A DNA stretch of 59,703 bases, counting the filler. It is 7 parts of 7 records of this genome, joined end to end, with 100 filler letters (N's around TTAATTAATTAA, not from the genome) between each part and the next. Parts side by side here need not be neighbours in the genome. Positions count along the whole stretch, not along the records: positions 33,378 to 41,366 come from SRR2962707_4668; positions 41,467 to 48,130 come from SRR2962707_4670; positions 48,231 to 53,422 come from SRR2962707_4673; 4 more parts are not named here. One strand, written 5' to 3'. Below the pieces are notes generated by a model. The model was not told where the DNA came from, searched no databases, and was given only the letters and a program-made list of their open reading frames with translations. Position 1 is the stretch's first letter, and each line of letters opens with the position of its first letter. The position numbers and the translations under genes are program-made. Of this stretch, positions 38,270 through 50,324 are shown one piece after another.

Positions 38270-39072
38270 CCTGCTGGGAAACTGTCCAAGCCTACGGATT
38301 GCGGTCGCTTGGCATTGGCGAACGGTTGTTGCCGCGCAGTGATTTCACGCTGTGTGATCAATTCACCCTGATCGGGTCGGGCATGATCTGGAATGTCTAT
38401 TTCGGGTTCTTCGCGCTGGTCTCGGGCTTTTTGCTGGCGACTGCCCTTGCGGTGGCCAAGGCCAACCCAAACCCGTGGCTGCGCAAACCTGCGGAATGGT
38501 TCATCTTCCTTTTCCGTGGCTCGCCGCTGTTTATCCAGTTCTTCTTTGGCTATTTTTTGTTCCTTAGCTTAAAATCTGTGCATCCGTTTTTTGATGCATT
38601 TACCTCTGCTTGGCTGGGGGCACTGGTGGTTTTGTTCTTTAACACCTCTGCCTATTCCGCCGAAATCTTCTATGGCGCGCTGCAATCCATCCCCAAGGGC
38701 GACACCGAAGCGGCGGACGCCTACGGCCTGTCTGGATGGCACCGGTTCAAGCGCGTGATCTGGCCCACCATGCTGCGTCTGGCGTGGCCCGCCTATACAA
38801 ACGAGGCTATTTTCCTATTTCACGCCACAACTTTGGTGTTCTTCACAGGGTTTCCGGCGCTGCAACAACGCGGTGATGCGCTGTACTATGCCAGCTATTT
38901 CGCGGACAAAACATTCAACCCGTTTATCCCCTATCCGATATTGGCGATGTATTTCGTCATGCTGACACTGGTCATTATTGGCGTGTTCGGTCTGATAAAT
39001 CGCCGCCTGAACAAGCACCTGCCGCAAACGCAAATTCGGAAAATTCGCTTGCGTCCTAATCTGATACGGTAG
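38266..39072 (+). CDS. Amino-acid ABC permease
   Basis: FRGSPLFIQ, NTSAYSAEI, EAADAYG, PAYTNEAI. Confidence 0.9.
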   Translation: MTCWETVQAYGLRSLGIGERLLPRSDFTLCDQFTLIGSGMIWNVYFGFFALVSGFLLATALAVAKANPNPWLRKPAEWFIFLFRGSPLFIQFFFGYFLFLSLKSVHPFFDAFTSAWLGALVVLFFNTSAYSAEIFYGALQSIPKGDTEAADAYGLSGWHRFKRVIWPTMLRLAWPAYTNEAIFLFHATTLVFFTGFPALQQRGDALYYASYFADKTFNPFIPYPILAMYFVMLTLVIIGVFGLINRRLNKHLPQTQIRKIRLRPNLIR

Positions 39073-39170
39073 TATCCATCTTTTGATCAAATTATTTGGC
39101 GCGTGGGCGCCGACCCCGGGTTTCGCTACTTGAAGACCCCGTTTCATGCCCGCCGCTTACAAGGTGCGTT

Positions 39171-40505
39171 ATGAAAAATTGGCTCCGTAAACATCCTCAG
39201 GTCCGCACAATCCGTGTGGCCGCCGCTGACCTGAACGGTCAGGCCCGCGGTAAACGCATCCCCACGCGTTTCGCGGATAAAATCGTCGAAGATGGTACAC
39301 GTTTCCCCGTGTCTGTCCTGAACCTTGATATCTGGGGCGAAGACATCGACGACAGCCCGCTGGTGTTCGAATCCGGCGATGCCGACGGGGTGTTATTCCC
39401 CACCGAACGGGGCTTTCTGCCGATGCCATGGCTTGATTCCCCCTCGGCCCTTTTGCCGATCTGGATGTTCCGCGAGGATGGCACGCCCTACCCCGGTGAT
39501 CCGCGCCATGCGCTGCGCGCCGTCTTGGACCGTTTCAAGGATCGTGGCCTGACACCCGTTTGCGCGGTCGAGCTTGAGTTTTTTCTGATCGACGATTCGG
39601 GCCGCAAGCTGCAGGTCCCTGTCTCGCCACGATCGGGCAAACGGCGGAAAGCGGCGGAAACCCTGTCGATCCGTGCGCTGGACCAGTTCGATGAATTCTT
39701 TACCGACCTCTATGACGCCTGCGAAGAAATGGACATTCCCGCAGATACCGCCATCTCGGAGGCCGGATTGGGCCAGTTCGAGATCAACCTGATGCATTGC
39801 GACGACGCCCTGCGCGCCGCTGATGACGCATGGTTCTTCAAGATGCTGGTCAAGGGCCTTGCCCGCCGCCACGGTTTTGCCGCCAGCTTTATGGCGAAAC
39901 CCTATGAGGATTACCCCGGTTCCGGCCTGCACACGCATTTTTCGGTGCTGGATAAAAACGGCAACAACGTCTTTGACGATGGTGGCCCTGACGGGACAGC
40001 GATCATGCGCCACGCCATTGCAGGCTGCATGAATGCGATGGCCGGCTCTGCGTTGATTTTCGCGCCCCACGCCAACAGCTTTGACCGGATGGTGCCGGGT
40101 GCCCACGCCCCGACGGGTATTTCCTGGGCCTATGAAAACCGCACCTCGTCGATCCGCGTACCATCCGGCAGCCACAAGGCGCGGCGGATTGAACACCGTG
40201 TATCGGGCGGCGATGTGAACCCCTATCTGATGCTGGCAGCAGTCTTGGGTGCGGCGATGAACGGCATCGAAGACGCAATTGACCCGCCCCCCCCGATTAC
40301 CGGCAACGCCTATGCCGCCGATCTGCCGCAAATCCCCGACGACTGGAAAACCGCGATTGATGCGTTCGAAGCCTCCCCCGAGGTAGCGCGCATTTTCGCC
40401 CCCGAACTGATCCGCAATTTTGTTCTGACGAAACGCCAAGAGCTGCATTACATGCAAGAGCTTACCCCACAAGAACAGGTCGAGATCTATCTCGAGACCG
40501 TATAA
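39171..40505 (+). CDS. Glutamine synthetase-family protein (gamma-glutamyl-amine ligase-like)
   Basis: DLNGQARGKRI, ELEFFL, EAGLGQFEINL, FMAKP, GSGLHTHFS, RIEHRVSGGDVNPYL. Confidence 0.85.
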   Translation: MKNWLRKHPQVRTIRVAAADLNGQARGKRIPTRFADKIVEDGTRFPVSVLNLDIWGEDIDDSPLVFESGDADGVLFPTERGFLPMPWLDSPSALLPIWMFREDGTPYPGDPRHALRAVLDRFKDRGLTPVCAVELEFFLIDDSGRKLQVPVSPRSGKRRKAAETLSIRALDQFDEFFTDLYDACEEMDIPADTAISEAGLGQFEINLMHCDDALRAADDAWFFKMLVKGLARRHGFAASFMAKPYEDYPGSGLHTHFSVLDKNGNNVFDDGGPDGTAIMRHAIAGCMNAMAGSALIFAPHANSFDRMVPGAHAPTGISWAYENRTSSIRVPSGSHKARRIEHRVSGGDVNPYLMLAAVLGAAMNGIEDAIDPPPPITGNAYAADLPQIPDDWKTAIDAFEASPEVARIFAPELIRNFVLTKRQELHYMQELTPQEQVEIYLETV

Positions 40506-40515
40506 GGGCACCGTG

Positions 40516-41196
40516 ATGAAAATAGGCATACTTCAAACCGGCCATTCCCCCGACAACATGAAAGACCAGTTGGGCGATTACGGCGAAATGTTCACCAAAC
40601 TGCTGGGCGGGCATGATTTCGACTTTCAGATTTGGTCGGTTGTGGATGGCGAATTCCCCGCCTCGGCGGTGGATGCCGACGCATGGCTGATCACCGGATC
40701 CAAGTTCGGTGCCTACGAAGATCACGACTGGATCCCGCAACTGGAACAGTTGATTCTGGCCATTCGCGAAACGGGCCGCCCCTTGGTTGGCATTTGCTTT
40801 GGCCACCAGATCATCGCCCAAGCGCTTGGCGGTAAGGTCGAAAAATTCGGCGGCGGCTGGTCGGTCGGGCGCACGGAATATACCGTTAACGGCCAACCGA
40901 TGGCGTTGAACGCATGGCATCAGGATCAGGTCACTGCCCTGCCCAAAGGGGCCAAAGTCGTCGGGTCATCGGATTTTTGTGCCAATGCCGCGCTGCTGTA
41001 TGATGATCAGATCTGGACGATCCAACCCCATCCCGAATTCAGCGCCAATTTCATCGACGGGCTGATCCGCACCCGCGGCAAAGGCGTCGTGCCTGACGAT
41101 CAACTTGCCGCGGCCACCACGCGGCTGGATGCCCCTACAAACAATGCTGATATTGCGGCTTATATTGCCGATTTCTTCAAGAAAGAGAGACCCTAA
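40516..41196 (+). CDS. Type 1 glutamine amidotransferase
   Basis: ITGS, GICFGHQ nucleophile, QPHPEF. Confidence 0.9.
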   Translation: MKIGILQTGHSPDNMKDQLGDYGEMFTKLLGGHDFDFQIWSVVDGEFPASAVDADAWLITGSKFGAYEDHDWIPQLEQLILAIRETGRPLVGICFGHQIIAQALGGKVEKFGGGWSVGRTEYTVNGQPMALNAWHQDQVTALPKGAKVVGSSDFCANAALLYDDQIWTIQPHPEFSANFIDGLIRTRGKGVVPDDQLAAATTRLDAPTNNADIAAYIADFFKKERP

Positions 41197-41366
41197 TGTC
41201 CGACTGGATTGACGACCTGCCCGAAGCCGCCCGAGATTACCTGTCAGGTAAACGACTGGATGAAGTCGAATGCATCATCCCCGACCTGCCCGGCATCGCC
41301 CGAGGCAAAGCGGTGCCCGCCAAGAAGTTCGAGCGTCAGGAATATTTCCACCTGCCCGACAGCATC
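41196..41366 (+). CDS. Second glutamine synthetase-family protein, 3'-truncated
   Basis: DEVECIIPDLPGIARGKAVP. Confidence 0.8.
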
Positions 41367-41466
41367 NNNNNNNNNNNNNNNNNNNNNNNNNNNNNNNNNN
41401 NNNNNNNNNNTTAATTAATTAANNNNNNNNNNNNNNNNNNNNNNNNNNNNNNNNNNNNNNNNNNNN
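41367..41466. other. Artificial contig-joining spacer
   Basis: N44-TTAATTAATTAA-N44. Confidence 0.98.
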
Positions 41467-41496
41467 GGATGGATGGATGGATTGATTGATTGATTG
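41467..41496. repeat. Microsatellite (GGAT)n(TGAT)n
   Basis: ggatggatggatggattgattgattgattg. Confidence 0.8.
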
Positions 41497-41612
41497 TGTG
41501 CGCAATGCAGCAGCACAGGTGTTCTTAAAGCAGTCCGCTGCGTTCCACTCCCCTGTTGTCAGAGTGCTGCTTTGTCAACCACCACCTCCACGACTCCTCA
41601 CCGCTTTCGAAG

Positions 41613-44600
41613 ATGCCAGCAACAAGCAGGTTTCGTTCCTGGGGAGGCAAGTTGGACCCTTCATCGAAGCAGGGGCAGCGCATGGAGAAGCGCGCTGCTG
41701 AGCTCGAAAGGTCTGCGCAGAGCGTGGGGCGGCACCCGAGATCGTATCCGCGGCAGAATCTTGTCTGGGAGAAGGACAAGCAGATGGCTTGGCGATTGAG
41801 CCGCCTTCAAAACGCCAAGAACGACTTGGTGAGCGTGTTGGAGGCGGAAGGGTCCGCAGACATTCTCCAGCAACAGCAGCGGCAGCAGGAAGAACAAGGG
41901 CGGAGCAGTTTGAGAGATGGAGACTCTGAGTCGCTGCATTCACGGACAGATAGCACGCAGACGGCTTTGTCGTCGGCGAGCGAGGCTTTGCGCCCGGGCT
42001 CAGCTGCTGTGAAGCGGGAGAAGAAAGCGGAGCGGCTGCGCAACACGAAAAAGCGGCTGAAGGGTGCGATTGGGGCCATTGGAGTGGTCAAGTATTTGGA
42101 GCAGAGCGACGATATTAGTGTTATCAGTGACCAAGACAAAGTGGATCGCCAGAAGGCGTTACTGCATGTTCGAATGTTTGGAGTCAAGACGCCTGGATCA
42201 GCAGGGCTCGAGCGCCGCAAGCGGGACGCCATCATGAAAAACGCGCTCAACCGGCAATTTAAGCGCTCTGACTTCAATCCAATGCCAGGTCAGAGCCTGG
42301 TTGCGAATCATCAAGCCGTTTGGCTATTTGCTTGACTGCCAGGGATCAATGGATTTGTCCGCTGCAACACAACGTTTCTCACGCAGCTTGTGTGGGTGGA
42401 CTATGTCTGGTGTTGGCTTGTTGTAGGAGTTGCACTTTTTTATGGCTGCATGGTGGCTTTTGAGGCACCAGATGGATCGTGGCTGTCAGTCAATGAAAAG
42501 ACTGGATCCATGCATACCGCTCCCCGCAATCGCGGGGGACAGTATGTGTTCAAGATTGTTGACCTCCGCAACCCGAATGCAGCAGGGCCAATAAAGTTTG
42601 GAGACGAATGTTGGGTTCGTTTGGCATGAATAAGTACTTCGCTTACTTTCGTTTATGTGAGCCTACGTGTGGTTCATTCTGCCAACCTGTCGAGCACTTT
42701 GCATGTGGCGGGTATGTGGGCGTGAAATGAGCCGTCGGCTGAATTGGTCGCGTGGTTGATTGACAGGTTTGTGCCCGGGAAGGAACTCTTCGACAGAAAT
42801 ATACCAATGGGCAAGTGGTCGGTACAGTGACACGCAAAGCTTTTAATATTGCTCAGCACATGGGTGCCCTGCCGAATGGTGCAGGACGCTCAAGTAAACG
42901 CAGTGGGTCTCCCACTAATAGTACCGCCGTCACTCATGCGGCCACTAGGGCCGCTGCATCCAGGCCAGGCTCTCGTGGTAGCGGAGGTTTGGGTGCAAGG
43001 TCGAAACAGAGTGCGCTGAGCCCTTCTTCAGCAACTGACGGTTCGCAGACATCTCTTTCAGAGGAGACTCGCGTTGCGCCGGCAAACTTTGGGGCTGCAG
43101 GCTCTCAGCATTTGGCAGACGGCCACCAAAGCGGCCAGTACAATGATGCAAAGTACGGAGTTGCACGTATCATCAAGGCGTTTGTTCCTTCAGAGCGAGA
43201 CAGTGTTCAGCTAAGCAAGGAACTGCTTGTGCAGGCCAAGTCTGGAAATAAGCAGGCGATGGTGTGTTTTGCATCAGAAGGCAATCCCATTTTGCGCAAA
43301 GAAACGCAAGCGTTGACAGACAAATGCACTGAGCTCTGTATCCTGCCTGGTTTTCGATGTACCTAGGCCACGGGGCGTTGGCGACTGCGTTTGGCTCGAA
43401 GACCGAAAGGGGCTGATGTAAGCTCGAACATTGTGGACGTCGATGTTTTGCAAACTTACTCCAATGTGTCGGCTGGGTAGTGTCCTCCTTTTGCAATATT
43501 TTCGTCATTTTTACTTGCTTGCAACAATTACAATGCAGGGAACAAGTGGTCAAACGGACAACTGCGTATTTAATCTCGCTCAAATATTTCTGGAGCAGGT
43601 TTGTTGTATGGTTGAGATATTCAAACGCACACGCGACAACCGCCGAATTCCCGTGCTGCCTGCCCTCGGGGTGTGTTTGCACAATAGAATATCTTGTCGC
43701 TTCGTCATGGATGCTTGACTGTTGGTGTTTTTGCGTGTGATGTGCTTGGCGGTCAATTGTTGAAGGACTGGTTCTACCTGATGTGTCCGGTGAATGGAGA
43801 GGCCAGCATCAAAGCACTGCCCAAGCGGGCGCTTGGGGCTGCATTTGATCAGGACGAGGATGCGGTTTGTTGCACGCTTGAGTGTTGCTCCAAGAACCAT
43901 TGTCTGCAATGTGTTCTTGGCGTTCGTCATCGTCGTCAATGCCTCGTCCAAATGGTTATTTACGATAGAACTCACCTTCATTTTGCTATCTCGCTTGCCT
44001 AATCTGTTACCCGTGTAGTCACAAGGTCTGGTAGATCCACTGGGCACTTGGACGGTGCATCTCGTCCAGGCGTCTGCTGGAGTGAAGCGAATAGGTCTTG
44101 CCGATATGGAACAACTTCTGTACAAGGTGCGGCACCTGTGCCAGCTGTGTTATTCGTTTTGGCTCAGGTATTGGTTCTGATTGGCTATTTGCACGTCTGC
44201 ACTTGAATACTTTTGCAACATTGGCAGGCACGGACACAAATGCAGGACTCTTCGAAGCGACGGGACGGCGGAAAAGTGTACGAGCACCAACTGGTGAGTG
44301 GGGCAAGCTTCAGCAAACAAATTCGAAGAAAAAATCGTGGAATAGAGTTGAAATCGGAAGTGAGCTATGCACGAGAAGAGGAAAAAGTTGAGCGCCAATT
44401 TGGAGCAGCGGTGCGTTTTTGTTGTTGGATTTTTGTTTGTTTTTCTTTCGTGACTGCAGCACAATGACACAAAGGGCTGGATCATGTTATTTGCATCATG
44501 TAAATCAGTGTATTTGTTCTGTCGGTTTTGTGGCGCAAGGTTGCTGATCCTGAGAACCATAGCCTAGGCCGGACTCGTGCCTTTTTAAATAACCTGGAAC

Positions 44601-46049
44601 GCAAGCACAACCCACAATTGGCTGCTGCATTGGACGCCAAGGATCGAGGAGCACGACCGCAGACATCGTCAAGACTCTCCGCCAGTGGGTTCAATTCTCC
44701 AGCGGCGACATCGGTCCTTGGCGCTTCCAGCTCGCAAGCTGCTAATGTGAAAACGCTTCGCCTTCCTCGCGCAAGCTCGGCTTCAGGCGCTCGGTTGATA
44801 TCGCGCGGTCAGACATCGCCCGTGGCCCAGAAAATTTCAAACGGACCAACCGACCAGCAGGCAGCGGGTACGTTTTTTTTCAATCACTCGCACGCAGCGG
44901 TGCGCAGCTTTCACAGTATGGTGCCAGATATGTACTGGACGCTTTTCCGTAACGTGCCACCCGTGTTTGCACAGCTCATCGGCGTGCGGCTTCAACGACA
45001 CCCCATGTGGAAGCCAGTGTGATGCCGAAAATTAGAAATAATAAGCGGAGGCTCCAAGGGAAGCGTTCAAAAAATCGTGGCCGAAAGGGAAAGAACAAGA
45101 ATATTTGGATTGAAAAGCCAGACCTGCACGACATGACCAGCACCGAGCGGGACCACTTTTTGCTGCGTGCGCTTGAGTCAGAGGCCAAATCACAACTGAA
45201 AAGGGATCAAGCTGCGGAGGTGGCGGCCATGGGCAGTTCGATATCCACCTCTGATCGGTAAGTTGGGTGACTTCTTTTGTGTGGCTTCAAATGTCACATT
45301 CCGATGCTTGCAGAATTGTCTGGCTTGCGTCTACATTGTCGATGTACATGGGTTGAGCTCATGCTCGATGCCGAATGAGCTCGCTGCTTGGGGTTTTCTG
45401 TTTTGTAACTGCTGCTGCTCTCGCCACACTGTCCACCTTCAGTGAACTTGACCAAGTTCTGGCCGCCCAAGCCAAGAAAATGGCTGCTTTGGGCGATCAA
45501 AGTTCGGCAATTGCCGGCCACATTAGCAGACAAACCAGTGGTGGCCAGAATCCTCAGAGTACGACGGCCGCCAGCGGGGTCGACGGCCAGGCTAGTCAAG
45601 GAGGCGCTTGGACACCGAAAGAGGAGCTTCCGTATGCGCTGCAGCGCATTGTGGACCAAGACACCCGCTTGCGAGATTACATTGAGCTGGACCACGCAAT
45701 AATGGTTGATGCAGCTCAGGAGGCTCAGGAGAAACAGGAACTTGCTCATCGTAACGCGGAGAAAATCAATCGTGGAGTAAGTCGTATGGTCTTGCCTTCG
45801 CTGCGTGTGTCTCATGCTGCACCCCAAATCCCACCGTTTGCTTCATTCGGGCATGAAGCGTTTGCATACTTAACAACATGGAGTAGATAAAAATTGACGA
45901 TGGTGTTGTTTGTTCTGTGCCCGGTGCAGCTGGCAAGGCAACGGCTTTTGGACGAGCAACAACGCCTGCTGGCTGAGCACCAAGCCGTCATGAATCGACT
46001 AAGCAACGCTGCGCCGAGCGATCAGCGCCCGAAATTGGTGCTTCCCTAA
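41613..46049 (+). CDS. Eukaryotic multi-exon gene of unknown function (approximate model)
   Basis: Coding-like segments linked by GT-AG introns, e.g. 42289-42426 and 42615-42766 keep frame; last exon ends ...RPKLVLP* at 46049; middle exons not fully resolved. Confidence 0.55.
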
Positions 46050-46205
46050 CGGCGCAGTCGTACACCATTTCGGGTGCTTGGCGCGAAGCAAGGATTCAGC
46101 AGGAGCCATTCACTAGGCTGTTGGACCGATTGAATATTTAGGAAGCACCTCATTAATAAGTTACTTCGTTCAAAAGAGGGAGGCACTTGACACAATGCAT
46201 CAATT

Positions 46206-48098
46206 TCAGCGACTCTTCTTGTCTTCAACGCCACCAGGAGTAAGGCGGCGCGGCCACTGGCTTTGCGCCATGCGCTTGTCGAAGAAACGATCCGGAAGGA
46301 CGCTCCACGACGGCAAACCTACAGATGAGAGGGGGATGAGAAAATCAGCGACTCTGGTGCAGGTGCTAAATCATTGCGCAAGGAGCAGAAGTCCACGTCG
46401 ACACAACGGCTCCCGGAGCCAATTCGAAGCAGCTACGCACCAAGCAGCATCGATGGGTAGAGGTGACCATTGAGCATGGGCTTGGATGCCACGGTGTATC
46501 GCGTTTTCGGGAGGGAGGATGTAAGTGCGTGCTCAATCGCCTTGCTGGTTTGCGCAACAGTGCCCACAAATTTGGGTTTGGTGGGCTTGAAGTTGTCGTA
46601 GTACACGCCGTAGTAGTCCACAGCTTCTTTGGCAATCTTTTCCAGGTTGGCCTTCGCAACCTGAGCCTCCTTTTCGTAAGACTTAAGCAACGGCGTCTCA
46701 ATCTCGCCTGCGTTAATCACAGACACGCTAAGTTTCCACGGGTACAGCTCGCGGCGAAGGGAGTCAGCAATTGCCTGCGTAACAATGTGGCAGCAAAACC
46801 AAAGGAGTATTCGAGTGAGCTGCATCCCGAACCGAATAAAGGGAACAAGCAGGGGCAGAACGATGATGGAAAAAATGGTGTGATGGTGCATGGAACATGG
46901 CGTGTATGTCGGGCGGGCCCACACCACCAACAGCCAGTTCAAAATGACCCAATCAATGCCCCCAGCCATGTACATGGCAGGAACACATAAAAGCCAAGAA
47001 GACCTCTCCTTCAATCGGTTGGTCAACTGCGCCACACGCTCGCGCATGCAGTTTAGATGAAGCACAACAGACAAGACGAGGCGCTGAAAGCGGTGCACAG
47101 CGTGCACGGATGCGAGACACTACATCTCAACTTTGTCTGCGTGCAGAATGGAGGTGCCACTTTATAGGTCGCTCTGGAGAGCCTTCAAAACGAAGACGAC
47201 TCAAGCAAGGTGGCATCAACTTGAAACACGGTATTTTTGGAGGATGGAGGAGCAGCAGGCACATTGCAGCGAGAAGTCGGCAGCACAGCATGGATGACAG
47301 CGAGTGCAGACAGCGATGACGGAGGAACGGCCCTCGAGCCAACACAGGGTGCCCGCTCTAGAGAATGGCGGAGTGGTTGCGACTCAGCGGCAGCGTGAAA
47401 ACAGTCACTGGCCTTTCAATAGGCTGTGATGCAGACAGGCAGGCAGGCAGGCAGGCCGGCCGGCAGGCAGCAAGTGAACGCACCTCAATGGCAAACTTGG
47501 ACGCAGCGTAGGGTCCCTGGAAGTTTCCGGCAATTTTCCCAGCCACAGACGACATGAAGATGATGCGACCCTGGGCCTGGCGGAGCAGCGGCATGAATGC
47601 CTGCACGACGCGCACCTGGCCGGTCACGTTGACGTCCAGCTGGTGTGCCAGCACCGTCGTGTCGACGAACTCCACCGGGTAAGGCCCAATGTTCGAACCT
47701 GCACTGTTGACGAGCCCCACGATACCGCGCCCGCCCACAGCTTCCGCCACGGCAGCAGCAGCAGCGCTCACGGTCTCCTGCTTGGTCACGTCGATCGCCA
47801 CGGGCACGATCTTCTTGGCAGCCTCTCCACTGCCAGCGGCTTCACGGAGCTTTTCAATGCGAGGGTCGTCCACGTCTCGGCAGCCTGCAAAGACGGTGAA
47901 GCCCTTGCGAGCGAGGTGGGCAGCAGCGGCAAAGCCGATGCCGCTGGTAGCTCCAGTGACGACCACGGCTCCGTCAGCAGCAGGCTTCGCGAACTTGCGC
48001 TGCACGTTGAAGAAACGCTTGGCGACGAAGATCAGGAGAAGGACTAAAGCCACATTCGCTGCGACGATCTCCAAAGCGCAGGTCCACCCGCAGCTCAT
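46206..48098 (-). CDS. Eukaryotic membrane-anchored SDR oxidoreductase (retinol/hydroxysteroid dehydrogenase-like), 3 exons
   Basis: Exons 48098-47484, 46774-46441, 46318-46206 join in frame over GT-AG introns; TGATSGIG, YAASKFAIE|AIADSLRREL, N-terminal hydrophobic anchor, C-terminus DKKSR*. Confidence 0.85.
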
Positions 48099-48130
48099 GG
48101 TTTAAAGAGAGTAAGAGGGAGGGGGGGGGG

Positions 48131-48230
48131 NNNNNNNNNNNNNNNNNNNNNNNNNNNNNNNNNNNNNNNNNNNNTTAATTAATTAANNNNNNNNNNNNNN
48201 NNNNNNNNNNNNNNNNNNNNNNNNNNNNNN
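48131..48230. other. Artificial contig-joining spacer
   Basis: N44-TTAATTAATTAA-N44. Confidence 0.98.
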
Positions 48231-48351
48231 ACCAGCCCTTGAGCATCAGATAGGCCGACAAAAAAGCGCAGACGCCGCCGACAAGGGCGGACACCCACAT
48301 GGCATTGACCATGTAATTATAGGCAAACGGCTCAAGCAGCGTGGCGATCAT
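48231..48351 (-). CDS. sitC: Mn/Fe ABC permease N-terminal fragment
   Basis: Hand translation [40 protein letters not shown]; overlaps the sitB stop. Confidence 0.8.
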
Positions 48352-49223
48352 TTCTCGCGGCTCGACTGCTGGTGTTCTTCCTTGCCCTTTTCGCCATAAA
48401 AGACCAGCGGGCGTTCATCATCGGTCAGCACCGAGAGATGGCGCGGGTCGTCATCGGCATGTAGGCCCTGGCCGGACAGCACGAAATGACGCAACACGCC
48501 GCCAAAGGCCTCTTCGAGCTTGTCGCGGGTGAATACTTCCGATGTCGGTCCAAAGGCCAGCACCGTGCCCTTGACCATCACGGTGCGGTCGCAGAACTCG
48601 GGCACCGAGCCCAGATTATGGGTGGAGACCAGGATCACCTTGCCCTCGTCGCGCAGATCGCGCAGCAGGCCGATGATGGCGTCCTCGGTCTTGACGTCGA
48701 CCCCGGTGAAAGGTTCGTCGAGCAGGATGACATCGCCCTCCTGCGCCAGCGCACGGGCGAGGAACACGCGCTTTTTCTGCCCGCCGGACAATTCGCCGAT
48801 CTGGCGCTTGGCATATTGGGTCATGTTGACCCGGCCAAGGGCCGCAGCGACCTTTTCCCGGTCGATGGCGCGGGGAATGCGCAGCATGTTCATGTGGCCA
48901 AACCGCCCCATCATCACCACGTCTTCCACCAGCACCGGAAAATTCCAGTCCACATCCTCGGACTGGGGCACATAGGCCACCCTGTTCTGGCGCTGGGCCT
49001 GCCGGCCCGCCTGCCCGAGAATGGAGATCGTGCCGCTGACCACCGGCACAAAACCCATAATGGCTTTGAAAATGGTCGACTTGCCCGCGCCATTGACGCC
49101 AACCAGCGCGGTGATCGAACCGCGCGGGCTGGTGAAGCTGGCATGCCTCAGGGCCGTGGTGCCATTGCGATAGGCAACGGTGATGTCGTTGATCGCAATG
49201 CCAGGGCCTGCATTGTCTTTCAC
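48348..49223 (-). CDS. sitB: Mn/Fe ABC transporter ATP-binding protein
   Basis: [50 protein letters not shown]. Confidence 0.9.
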   Translation of the reverse strand: MKDNAGPGIAINDITVAYRNGTTALRHASFTSPRGSITALVGVNGAGKSTIFKAIMGFVPVVSGTISILGQAGRQAQRQNRVAYVPQSEDVDWNFPVLVEDVVMMGRFGHMNMLRIPRAIDREKVAAALGRVNMTQYAKRQIGELSGGQKKRVFLARALAQEGDVILLDEPFTGVDVKTEDAIIGLLRDLRDEGKVILVSTHNLGSVPEFCDRTVMVKGTVLAFGPTSEVFTRDKLEEAFGGVLRHFVLSGQGLHADDDPRHLSVLTDDERPLVFYGEKGKEEHQQSSREK

Positions 49224-50131
49224 TGGGTCAATCCTGCAGCAATGGTTTGCGTGGTCACTTTGAGCAGATCAAGATAGGTGGGAACCGGCCCGTCCGCCTC
49301 GGAAAGGGAGTCCACATAGAGCACGCCGCCATATTTGACGCCAGTCTCGCGCGCCACCTGCTCGGCCGGCTTGGATGAAATGGTGCTTTCCGAAAACACC
49401 ACCGGAATATTGTTTTCGCGCACCGCGTCGATGACATTGCGCACCTGGCGCGGTGTGCCCTGCTGGTCGGCATTGATCGGCCAGAGATAAAGCTCTTTCA
49501 GACCAAAATCGCGTGCCAGATAGGAAAAGGCGCCTTCCGAGGTGACCAGCCAGCGCTGCTCCTCGGGAATGGCCGCCAGGGCCTGACGGATCGGCTCGAC
49601 CGTGGCGGAGATCTCGGCCGCATAGGCCGCCGCATTGGCATTGTAGCTCTCGGCATTGGCCGGATCGGCCTCGGCGAAGGCGGCGCGGATATTGTCGACA
49701 TAGACCAGGGCGTCGGTCGGCGACATCCAGGCGTGCGGATTGGGCTTGCCCTCATAGGGCCCCTCGCCAATGCCGATCGGCTCAATGCCTTCGGTCAGCA
49801 CGACGCTGGGCACATCGGGCAGATTGTCGAGGAACTGGGTGAACCATTGCTCGAGGTTAAGCCCGTTCCAGAGCACCAGATCGGCATCCTGCGCCCCCAC
49901 CAGGTCACCCGGCGTGGGCTGGTAATTATGGATCTCGGCGCCCGGCTTGGTGATCGAGACCACATCGGCCGCATCCCCGGCAACATTCTGGGCCATGTCG
50001 GCCAGAATGGTGAAGGTCGTGACGGCCTTGAGCCGCTCCTGCGCCATTGCGGGCAGGGTCATGGCAGGCAAGGTCATGGCCAGTGGGGCGGCGAGCAAAA
50101 GGGCAGACAGCAGGCGGCGGCGCATGGGCAA
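49220..50131 (-). CDS. sitA: Mn/Fe ABC transporter substrate-binding protein
   Basis: [55 protein letters not shown]. Confidence 0.9.
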   Translation of the reverse strand: MPMRRRLLSALLLAAPLAMTLPAMTLPAMAQERLKAVTTFTILADMAQNVAGDAADVVSITKPGAEIHNYQPTPGDLVGAQDADLVLWNGLNLEQWFTQFLDNLPDVPSVVLTEGIEPIGIGEGPYEGKPNPHAWMSPTDALVYVDNIRAAFAEADPANAESYNANAAAYAAEISATVEPIRQALAAIPEEQRWLVTSEGAFSYLARDFGLKELYLWPINADQQGTPRQVRNVIDAVRENNIPVVFSESTISSKPAEQVARETGVKYGGVLYVDSLSEADGPVPTYLDLLKVTTQTIAAGLTQ

Positions 50132-50162
50132 CTCCAGATACGAACGGCCTTATAGATAATGC

Positions 50163-50183
50163 AATTGCAAATCATTCGCAAGT
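50163..50183. promoter_or_regulatory. Mur/Fur-type operator upstream of sitABC
   Basis: Imperfect palindrome TTGCAAAT-C-ATTCGCAA about 35 nt upstream of sitA; resembles alphaproteobacterial Mur boxes. Confidence 0.7.
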
Positions 50184-50324
50184 AGTGCATTGCGAATTGA
50201 TCTCGACGCGCTTACGGCCAGCTTGCGGCTGCCGATCACTTGCCGGTTGACGAGGCGTCACGGAAATGGAAAAGCGAGCCGATCCGGCCCCGGGGGGCAT
50301 GACTGAGCGGAGCGGGACCGACCA

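Noticed and set aside
26392-48230. Bacterium-eukaryote horizontal transfer
   Set aside because: Eukaryotic contigs adjoin bacterial ones only through artificial spacers
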